Assembly: GCA_963666835.2 (NCBI GenBank)
Contig: CAXXGO010000006.1
Coordinates: 384,001 to 448,000 of the forward strand
DNA: 64,000 bases
Source of the DNA: Phycisphaerae bacterium
GTDB lineage: Bacteria; Planctomycetota; Phycisphaerae; UBA1845
Direction: 5' to 3'
Shown here: one piece after another, positions 48,317-56,769 of the stretch
How positions within the stretch are numbered: the stretch's first letter is position 1
How the letters are laid out: each line of letters starts with the position of its first letter
Made by a program: the position numbers and the translations under genes
The notes under the pieces: model-generated
What the model saw: the letters and a program-made list of their open reading frames with translations, nothing else
Database searches by the model: none
What the model was told of the DNA's origin: nothing

Positions 48317-49266
48317 CGGAGACGAATATGACCGCCACATTGTACTGGCTGCAGGGCGGAGGGTGCGGCGGAGACACCTGGTCGCTACTTAACGCCCAGT
48401 CACCTGACATCGTCGAGCTGTTGGCTATGCTGGATGTTGAAGTGCTGTGGCATCCATCCATGTCCAATGGCAGCGTCGCAGAGCATCACGATCTGCGGGA
48501 GCGAATGCTCTCGGGCGAACAGGCCTTGGACGTCCTGTGCATCGAGGGGGCGATAATCCGCGGCCCGAACGATACCGGTATGTTTGACGTGATCGACGGT
48601 CGGCCGAAGAAGGACCTGCTCGCGGATCTGGCGGCCCGGGCGCGCTTCGTGCTGGCCGTGGGGACCTGCGCGAGTTACGGCGGGATCGGCGCCGACGGCG
48701 AAGTGGAGGCCTGCGGAGCCCAGTTCCTCAAATGGGATAAAGGCGGATTTCTGGGTGAGGACTTCGAGTCTCGCGGTGGATTGCCGGTAATCAACCTACC
48801 CGGCTGTCCTTGCCACTGTGACGTTTTTGCCGGGGTCCTGACCGCCCTTCTGCAGGGTGAACCGCCCGCTCTGAACGAGCACAATGCCCCTTTGGCATGG
48901 TACGGCCTGCTGGTACACCAGGGCTGCACTCGAAACGAATACCATGAATACCGAGTTGAGGAAGCGGATTTCGGGGAGAAGGGGTGTTTGTTCTTTCACA
49001 TGGGGTGCCAGGGCCCCCTGGCGTTCGGCCCGTGCAATAAGGTGCTGTGGAACCGGCGAAGTTCAAAGACCCGAGTCGGAGTGCCGTGCTTCGGTTGCAC
49101 CCGCCCGGACTTCCCACAGAAATACGAGTTCTACCGTACGCGCAACATTGAGGGTATCCCGCGAGAGCTTCCCGATGGAGTGGATCGAGCGCATTACCTC
49201 GCATACAAGGGTATGGCCGCGGCGGCGGCCCCGGACAGGTTGAAGAAGAGAGCCACTCACATATAG
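48313..49266 (+). CDS. Sensory [NiFe]-hydrogenase small subunit (HupU/HoxB-like), no Tat leader
   Basis: WLQGGGCGGDT, GTCASYGG, NLPGCP, HQGCTRNEY, GCLF..GCQGP, PCFGC. Confidence 0.92.
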   Translation: MTETNMTATLYWLQGGGCGGDTWSLLNAQSPDIVELLAMLDVEVLWHPSMSNGSVAEHHDLRERMLSGEQALDVLCIEGAIIRGPNDTGMFDVIDGRPKKDLLADLAARARFVLAVGTCASYGGIGADGEVEACGAQFLKWDKGGFLGEDFESRGGLPVINLPGCPCHCDVFAGVLTALLQGEPPALNEHNAPLAWYGLLVHQGCTRNEYHEYRVEEADFGEKGCLFFHMGCQGPLAFGPCNKVLWNRRSSKTRVGVPCFGCTRPDFPQKYEFYRTRNIEGIPRELPDGVDRAHYLAYKGMAAAAAPDRLKKRATHI

Positions 49267-49285
49267 CGACCGGAGGATATGCGAC

Positions 49286-50857
49286 GTGCCCGAAACAACG
49301 ATGATCGATGCCCCGGAGACTCGCGTAGTGAAAAGGACTCTCAAGGTCCCTTTGAACCGAGTCGAGGGTGATCTCGAAATCCGCGTGGAATTGGATGATG
49401 ACTGCGTGTCCGACGCCTGGAGCACGGGAACCATGTTCCGCGGGTTCGAGAATATTCTCCGCGGGCGCGGGGCGCTCGACGGGCTGGTTATTACTCCCCG
49501 GGTATGCGGGATCTGCGGCACGGCGCACCTGACCGCCGCGGCCAAAGCCCTGGATGCCATCTCCCAGACACCTCCACCGGCTAACGCGGTCAGAATCCGC
49601 AATCTGGCACTCATGACGGAGCACATCCAGAGTGACGTGCGCCACGGGCTGTTGATGTTCATGGCCGATTTCGCCAACCCGGCCTACCGGGGCCATCCGC
49701 TCTATGAGGAAGCGCTGAGGCGTTTCGAGCCGTTCAAAGGGGAAGCAGTTATCGAAGCCATCAGGGAGACCAAGGAGCTGCTCGAGATCGTGGCCATCCT
49801 CGGCGGCCAGTGGCCGCATTCCTCGTATATGGTCCCCGGGGGTGTCGTCGCAACGCCGAGCCTGGCCGATCTGCTGCAGTGCCGCCATCTTCTGGCCAAA
49901 CACCAAGCCTGGTATGAACGCCGGATTCTCGGATGCCCAGTGGAACGATGGTTGGAAGTGGACAGCGCCGCCGATCTGGAAACCTGGCTCGAAGAAGACT
50001 CCCATCGTAACAGCGATTTGGGTTTCTTCATCCGCTTTGCTCGCCGAATCGGCCTGGAGAAGATCGGCCGAGGACCTCAGAACTTCATCAGCTACGGTTG
50101 CCTGGATATACCTGCCGACTCGCAAGTTCGCGGCCGGCGCAACGAGGTTACTGATCAACTGGTTCCCGCCGGGTTCGCCCGCGGCACGGACGTCGGTCCG
50201 TTCGAACAAGCGAGAATAACCGAGCATGTCTACCACTCGTGGTTTGAAGACTACGGCGGCGGGCGACATCCCTTTGAGGGCGAAACACGCCCCCGGCCGC
50301 CCGAAACAGATGATCACAAGTACTCCTGGGCGAAGGCGCCCCGATACGACGGCTTGCCCGCTGAAACAGGGCCGTTGGCGGAAATGATCATATCCGGGAA
50401 TCCACTGTTTACGGATCTTGTGGGGCGAGGCGGTGCCAACGTGTTCGTACGCGAGCTTGCTCGCCTGGTAAGGCCGGCCGAACTCATGCCGGCCATGAGG
50501 CAATGGCTGGCCGAAACAGATTGCGAAGGGACGTTCTACATTTCGGCGCCGCGAATCAGCGACGGGGAGGGCTTCGGATTGACCGAGGCGACGCGTGGAG
50601 CCCTTGGGCATTGGGTGAAAATCGCGGATCAGAAGATCCAACACTACCAGATTGTCACGCCAACCGCGTGGCACGCATCGCCCCGCGATTCCAACGGCGT
50701 GCGGGGGGCGTGGGAGGAAGCTCTGATCGGAACTACGGTTCAAGACCCTGCCAATCCGGTGGAACTGGGCCATGTCGTAAGGTCGTTCGACGCGTGCCTG
50801 GTGTGCACCGTCCATGCCGTCAAAGGGGGGCGAAGCGTGAGTCGCCGCACGCTGTGA
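49286..50857 (+). CDS. Sensory [NiFe]-hydrogenase large subunit (group 2, probably 2c-type)
   Basis: NRVEGDL; L1 PRVCGICG; L2 SFDACLVCTVH followed by a 13-aa extension. Confidence 0.93.
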   Translation: MPETTMIDAPETRVVKRTLKVPLNRVEGDLEIRVELDDDCVSDAWSTGTMFRGFENILRGRGALDGLVITPRVCGICGTAHLTAAAKALDAISQTPPPANAVRIRNLALMTEHIQSDVRHGLLMFMADFANPAYRGHPLYEEALRRFEPFKGEAVIEAIRETKELLEIVAILGGQWPHSSYMVPGGVVATPSLADLLQCRHLLAKHQAWYERRILGCPVERWLEVDSAADLETWLEEDSHRNSDLGFFIRFARRIGLEKIGRGPQNFISYGCLDIPADSQVRGRRNEVTDQLVPAGFARGTDVGPFEQARITEHVYHSWFEDYGGGRHPFEGETRPRPPETDDHKYSWAKAPRYDGLPAETGPLAEMIISGNPLFTDLVGRGGANVFVRELARLVRPAELMPAMRQWLAETDCEGTFYISAPRISDGEGFGLTEATRGALGHWVKIADQKIQHYQIVTPTAWHASPRDSNGVRGAWEEALIGTTVQDPANPVELGHVVRSFDACLVCTVHAVKGGRSVSRRTL

Positions 50858-50864
50858 GACGGTC

Positions 50865-51332
50865 ATGAAGCGAATCATCTGCATCGGCAATCGATACCGT
50901 TTTTGTGATGCGGCCGGCCCAATGGTGTACGACCTGCTGGCTCGCCGTGATCTTCTGCCGGAGGTGGAGCTGGTTGACGGGGGATTGGCCGGACTCGATC
51001 TGCTACGGTTCGTTCAGGGAGCCCGGCGGGTGGTTTTTGTGGACGCCGTGGTGGGTTTCGATGAGGCGGACGGCGTATTCGTCTTGAATGCCGACGAGGC
51101 GGCGGTATGTGCGGAGGCGGCCTTCGACCACGCGGCCGGGCTGGCCTATCTGCTGCGGGTCCTGCCTCAGGTTCTCGATGGGCAGCTTCCTGAGGTTTTG
51201 CTCGTTGGAATCCAGGGCGAGCCGAATGACAGTGCCGTCGAAACCGCCGCAGAGTTGAGCCTGAGCCTTGCCGTCGAAGGTGGGGCAAGGGGCTTTCTCG
51301 GGCACGTTGACCTCTCCGGAGTCCGAGGATGA
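50865..51332 (+). CDS. Hydrogenase maturation endopeptidase
   Basis: ICIGN...DAAG, VDGGLAG, FVDAV, DHAAGL. Confidence 0.88.
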   Translation: MKRIICIGNRYRFCDAAGPMVYDLLARRDLLPEVELVDGGLAGLDLLRFVQGARRVVFVDAVVGFDEADGVFVLNADEAAVCAEAAFDHAAGLAYLLRVLPQVLDGQLPEVLLVGIQGEPNDSAVETAAELSLSLAVEGGARGFLGHVDLSGVRG

Positions 51333-52912
51333 CAGCTACCAAGCGAGAACTCTCGGCCGAAGAACTGTATGAGGAAAACGCTCTGCTGAGGGAAGAGGTC
51401 CGGGTCGCGCGGCGCGCGTCGGATATCACTGCAGAACTGGTCGTCGAACAGTTTTCCCGAATCGAGGAGATTCTCCAGCGACTTGAGGACAAGGCGCAGA
51501 AGGAACAAGAGCTTGGCCACGAGCTTGCGAAGAAGCTCAGTGAGGCCGAGATCCGCGAGGCCACTCTGGCTAAGGAAAGGCAGCACCTTGAGGACCTGCA
51601 AATCGCCGCTATTAACATGATGGAGGATATCGCGGCCGCCCGAGTGGTTGCCGAAGCCTCCACACGATCCAAGAGCGAGTTCCTGGCCAACATGAGCCAC
51701 GAGATTCGCACCCCGATGACGGCCATCCTCGGGTTCACGGAGACTATGCTGGATCCCCAGCAGCCCGATTCCGAGAGAATAAACGCGATTCACACCATCC
51801 GCCGCAACGGCGAACATCTGCTCCAGATTATCAACGATATCCTCGATATCTCCAAAATCGAAGCGGGCAAGCTCGACGTCGAGCGAATCCGCTGCTCGCC
51901 GGTCGACGTGGTGGCCGATGTCATGTCGCTCATGCAGGTTCGCGCCGACGCCAAGAACCTGCCCTTCAATATCGAGTACATTGGCGTGGTGCCCGAGACT
52001 ATTGATAGCGATCCCACCCGCCTCAAACAGATTCTCATGAACCTGATCGGCAATGCCATCAAGTTCACCGAGACCGGCGGGGTCAGGCTCGTGACTCGTT
52101 TCGTGGATGATCCGGCCGAACCCAAGATGCAATTCGACGTGCTCGATACGGGACTCGGCATGACCGAAGAGCAGATGGGCAGGTTGTTCCAGGCGTTCAC
52201 GCAAGCCGACACCTCGACCACCCGCCGGTTCGGCGGGACCGGCTTGGGGTTGATGATCAGTAAACGGTTAGCCGAGATCCTCGGCGGCACCATCACGGTT
52301 GAAAGCACTCCCGGTAAGGGCAGTATGTTTCGGGTGACCATCGCCACCGGGCCGCGCGACGGCGTGAAGATGCTACACGACCCGACCGCGGCCACTATTA
52401 CCCATCCGGAATCGTCGGAGGCGCCGAAACCGCAAGTCGTCAATCTCGACTGCGGCGTTCTGCTTGCCGAAGACAACGCCACCAACCGAGCCCTCGTGAA
52501 TGGGATCCTGAAAAGAACCGGGGCAACGGTAACGGCAGTCGAGAACGGAAAGCTGGCCACCGAAGCGGCACTGGCCGCATGGTGCAGGGGTGATCCGTTC
52601 GACGTAATACTGATGGACATGCAAATGCCGGTGATGGACGGCTACGAGGCGACGAGCATCCTCCGCCAGAGGGGCTACCGCGGGCCGATCATCGCTCTGA
52701 CCGCTCACGCGATGGCCGGTGACCGTGAGAAGTGCCTCAAGGCTGGATGTGATGACTATGCCACCAAACCCATCGATCGAGCTGCGCTGCTCGAAACCAT
52801 CCAAAAGCACTTGGCGAGACCGCGCCAGGAACGCCCCGGTCCCGAATCCGCGACGGAATCGCAGAACCCTCCCGCCCTCGCCGCGACCGGGATGGGTGGC
52901 CCATCGCTTTAG
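51329..52912 (+). CDS. Cytoplasmic hybrid histidine kinase (coiled coil, HisKA, HATPase, REC)
   Basis: [55 protein letters not shown]. Confidence 0.95.
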   Translation: MTATKRELSAEELYEENALLREEVRVARRASDITAELVVEQFSRIEEILQRLEDKAQKEQELGHELAKKLSEAEIREATLAKERQHLEDLQIAAINMMEDIAAARVVAEASTRSKSEFLANMSHEIRTPMTAILGFTETMLDPQQPDSERINAIHTIRRNGEHLLQIINDILDISKIEAGKLDVERIRCSPVDVVADVMSLMQVRADAKNLPFNIEYIGVVPETIDSDPTRLKQILMNLIGNAIKFTETGGVRLVTRFVDDPAEPKMQFDVLDTGLGMTEEQMGRLFQAFTQADTSTTRRFGGTGLGLMISKRLAEILGGTITVESTPGKGSMFRVTIATGPRDGVKMLHDPTAATITHPESSEAPKPQVVNLDCGVLLAEDNATNRALVNGILKRTGATVTAVENGKLATEAALAAWCRGDPFDVILMDMQMPVMDGYEATSILRQRGYRGPIIALTAHAMAGDREKCLKAGCDDYATKPIDRAALLETIQKHLARPRQERPGPESATESQNPPALAATGMGGPSL

Positions 52913-54796
52913 CATGATCGCCCCATTGCTTCAGGTTTTGACGGGTGGCCCACCTCTTCAGAGGTGGGGGACTCGATGATCCACGTACAAGATCGCGCGG
53001 ACGCATTGCGTACGAGAGATGACAACGTCCGGACACTACACGGGTCAACAAGTTGCCGCATGACACCCCGGTGTCACCATTTGTAGGGCAGGTCGAGGTA
53101 CGAGACCTGCCGCAACGGCACGCCTCGTGCAAGGATGGGTGGCCCATCTCTTCAGAGGTGGGGAAACCGATGATCCACGTACAAGATCGCGCGGACGCAT
53201 TGCGTACGAGAGATGCCAACGTCCGGACACTCCACGGGCCAACAAGTTGCCGCATGACACCCCAGTGGCACCAGTTGTAGGGCAGGTCGAGGTACGAGAC
53301 CTGCCGCAACGGCACGCCTCGTGCAAGGATGGGTGGCCCATCGCTTTAGCGGTGGGGGAGTCGGACCGCTATAAGAGGGCGCGCGAACTCCGCGGCAGGT
53401 CTCGTGCCTCGACCGTGCCCTACCCATGCCGACCGTGTCGTGCGACATGCTGCACGTACGATGCCCGCATTGCGCGAAGCGGAGTAGAGTCAGCCGATGG
53501 GTGGCCCATCTCTTCAGAGGTGGGGAAACCGATGATCCACGCACAAGATCGCGCCGGCATATCGCATACGAGAGACGCCAACGTCCGGACACTTCACGGG
53601 CCAACAAGTCGCCCCATGACACCCATCCGGTACTACTTGTAGGGCAGGTCGAGGTACGAGACCTGCCGCAACGGCACGCCTCGTGCAAGGATGGGTGGCC
53701 CATCGCTTTAGCGGTGGGGGAGTCGGACCGCTATAAGAGGGCGCGCGAACTCCGCGGCAGGTCTCGTGCCTCGACCGTGCCCTACCCATGCCGACCGTGT
53801 CGTGCGACATGCTGCACGTACGATGCCCGCATTGCGCGAAGCGGAGTAGAGTCAGCCGATGGGTGGCCCATCTCTTCAGAGGTGGGGAAACCGATGATCC
53901 ACGCACAAGATCGCGCCGGCATATCGCATACGAGAGACGCCAACGTCCGGACACTTCACGGGTCAACAAGTTGCCGCATGACACCCCAGTGGCACCAGTT
54001 GTAGGGCAGGTCGAGGTACGAGACCTGCCGCAACGGCACGCCTCGTGCAAGGATGGGTGGCCCATCGCTTTAGCGGTGGGGGAGTCGGACCGCTATAAGA
54101 GGGCGCGCGAACTCCGCGGCAGGTCTCGTGCCTCGACCGTGCCCTACCCATGCCGACCGTGTCGTGCGACATGCTGCACGTACGATGCCCGCATTGCGCG
54201 AAGCGGAGTAGAGTCACCCGATGGGTGGCCCATCTCTTCAGAGGTGGGGAAACCGATGATCCACGTACAAGATCGCGCGGACGCATTGCGTACGAGAGAT
54301 GCCAACGTCCGGACACTACACGGGTCAACAAGTTGCCGCATGACACCCCGGTGTCACCATTTGTAGGGCAGGTCGAGGTACGAGACCTGCCGCAACGGCA
54401 CGCCTCGTGCAAGGATGGGTGGCCCATCGCTTTAGCGGTGGGGGAGTCGGACCGCTATAAGAGGGCGCGCGAACTCCGCGGCAGGTCTCGTGCCTCGACC
54501 GTGCCCTACCCATGCCGACCGTGTCGTGCGACATGCTGCACGTACGATGCCTGCGTTGCGCGAAGCGGAGTAGAATCACCCGATGGGTGGCCCATCTCTT
54601 CAGAGGTGGGGAAACCGATGATCCACGTACAAGATCGCGCGGACGCATTGCGTACGAGAGATGCCAACGTCCGGACACTACACGGGTCAACAAGTTGCCG
54701 CATGACACCCCAGTGGCACCAGTTGTAGGGCAGGTCGAGGTACGAGACCTGCCGCAACGGTACGCCTCGTGCAAGGATGGGTGGCCCATCGCTTCA
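52891..54796. repeat. REP/BIME-like mosaic array 2: about four 362-bp tandem units plus a 194-bp partial unit, built from two hairpin families
   Basis: GTAGGGCAGGTCGAGGTACGAGACCTGCC at 53083, 53277, 53639, 54001, 54363 and 54725; inverted copies at 53394, 53756, 54118 and 54480; about 12 GGGTGGCCCAYCKC-TTYA-GMGGTGGG hairpins. Confidence 0.92.
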
Positions 54797-56644
54797 GGGC
54801 CTGTCGATTTAATTGGCATGGTTCTTGATGGCAGGTGTTCGTGGCCGAGCGTCAGGAAGAGAGGCGTCGCAGGGAGGCAACGAGCATGAGCAGATGGAAC
54901 CGAGCCCCGCTGCCCAGAGACCAAATACTCCTGATTCCCGAGACGTTGGGAGACCGCATCCCCGAGAATCACTCGGTGCGGCTCTTGATGGAAATCCTCG
55001 ATGGACTGGATTGGGCAAGCTGGGAACAACATTACGTTCTGGTGGTGGGGCAGCCGCCGATTCACCCCAAGATCGTGGCCGGGGCGATTCTATACGGTCT
55101 GACCAACAAGATTCGATCGAGTCGGCGTCTGGAGTGGGCGTGTGGTAACGCTGTTGACTTCATGTGGCTGACGGAAGGACGGATCATCGACCATTCGACA
55201 TTCTGTGATTTCCGCACGAGGTTCAAACGAGAACTGAAGGATCTGTTCCGACAGATCGGCCGCGTGGCTATGCAAATGGGATTGATACGCCTGAATCAGG
55301 TGGCGTTGGACGGGACTCGGGTTAAAGCGAATAGCAGTCCACACGCGACGGCCACTGCCAAGACGCTTGAAGAACGATTACGTGTTCTGGACGAACAGAT
55401 CGATAAGTTGCTGGCCGAGGCGGATCAGATAGATCGTCGCGAGAAGGATCTGTTCGGCGACAGCGTTTCGGTCAACACCCTGCCGTCGGAGTTGGGCGAT
55501 CTGAAGAAGCGTCAGAAACAACTTCATAAGGCCTTGGAGGCTGCGAAGAAGATCGACGCCAAGCATAGCAAGTCCCAAAACACTTCGAAACGTAAGGCCA
55601 AGGTTCCGGTGGCCGATCCGGATTCGACGATCATGCCCAATAAAGAGGGCGGCTATGGTCCGAATTACAATCCGGTAGCCGCTGCGGATGATGAGTGCGG
55701 GATGATCGTAGATGGGGACGTGCTCAACGAGATTAACGAAGCGGAGGCCGTAATCCCCACGGCCGAGCGTATTGAATCCGCTTTTGGTCAGAAACCCGAG
55801 CAGTTGGTGGCAGATTCGACGTTCGGCACAGGTGGCAACCTCTCGGCGTTGGTGGATCGCGGGATTAAACCTTTGATGCCTACGGGGACTTCGCGGTTGC
55901 CGGATGACAATCCGGCGGAACGTTCGGACCCGAGTACCCCGGTGCCGGAGGCGGACTGGGCTAGGCTTCCTCGTCGTCGTCAGACGGGAAAGCTGGACCG
56001 CGCCGCCTTCGTTTATCAGCGGGAAGAAGACTGCTATTACTGCCCACAGGGTCGCCGGCTGACGTTTGATCAAGTCAAGACGAAGGGTCGTGAGAACGGC
56101 GCCGATTCGGAATACCGGGTCTATCGGTGTTTGTCATGTGAGGGTTGCAGGCTGGCGGAAGATTGTCTATCCGGCAAGTGCAAGCGGCGAACGGTTTCAC
56201 ATGATCAACATGAACCGCTTCGCCAGAAGGTTGCGGCGCGGCTGAAGACGGCATCCGGTAAGAAGGACTACGCACGGCGGGCGCATCTGGCGGAGACTCC
56301 CAACGCAGTCATCAAGCATGCAATGGGGCTTCGGCAGTTTCTGCTACGTGGATTGGACAAGGTCCGAACCGAGTGGTTATGGGCATGCACGGCCTTCAAC
56401 ATAAAGAAACTGATAGCGATAGTGGGAGCTCTGCGCGCCGACGGTCGGGTCAAAGCCATTTAAGAGGCCTAAAAGGGCTTGCGCGCAGACAAAACCGTTC
56501 TACTAGGGAAGATAGGGGGTCTGATCTGCCAGGGACACCCACGATGACACGGATTGGATGAGGAGAACGTAGCCGTGCAACAGCGCGAGCCGCACGGAGA
56601 TCGCTCACCCATACTCCGTCTGCTGCGACTAAACCGACAGGCCC
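54797..56644 (+). mobile_element. IS1182-family insertion sequence, 1848 bp
   Basis: Terminal inverted repeats GGGCCTGTCGATTTAAT / GGGCCTGTCGGTTTAGT; 4-bp direct repeat TTCA at 54793-54796 and 56645-56648. Confidence 0.9.
54886..56463 (+). CDS. IS1182-family DDE transposase
   Basis: GQPPIHPK..LYG, IDHSTFCDFR, LDGTRVKAN, YYCPQG, CxxC, RRAHLAETPNAVIKHAMGLRQF. Confidence 0.92.
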   Translation: MSRWNRAPLPRDQILLIPETLGDRIPENHSVRLLMEILDGLDWASWEQHYVLVVGQPPIHPKIVAGAILYGLTNKIRSSRRLEWACGNAVDFMWLTEGRIIDHSTFCDFRTRFKRELKDLFRQIGRVAMQMGLIRLNQVALDGTRVKANSSPHATATAKTLEERLRVLDEQIDKLLAEADQIDRREKDLFGDSVSVNTLPSELGDLKKRQKQLHKALEAAKKIDAKHSKSQNTSKRKAKVPVADPDSTIMPNKEGGYGPNYNPVAAADDECGMIVDGDVLNEINEAEAVIPTAERIESAFGQKPEQLVADSTFGTGGNLSALVDRGIKPLMPTGTSRLPDDNPAERSDPSTPVPEADWARLPRRRQTGKLDRAAFVYQREEDCYYCPQGRRLTFDQVKTKGRENGADSEYRVYRCLSCEGCRLAEDCLSGKCKRRTVSHDQHEPLRQKVAARLKTASGKKDYARRAHLAETPNAVIKHAMGLRQFLLRGLDKVRTEWLWACTAFNIKKLIAIVGALRADGRVKAI

Positions 56645-56769
56645 TTCAGCAATGGGAGACCTGCCGCAACGGTGAATATCGCGTAAGGATCACGGCAGGT
56701 CTCGTTCCTCGACCGTGCCCTACGAAGATGCCGCTTGGTTTCAACGCTTCCCACATGCGCATTCGCAGG

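Noticed and set aside
50780..50815. [NiFeSe] hydrogenase
   Set aside because: The L2 motif has Cys codons (DACLVC) and no UGA.
48791..50890. 699-aa minus-strand ORF
   Set aside because: Antisense shadow of the hydrogenase genes.
52737..55065. Repeated 183-192 aa ORFs in the tandem array, or CRISPR
   Set aside because: Products of a non-triplet 362-bp repeat with frames shifting each unit; no unique spacers.
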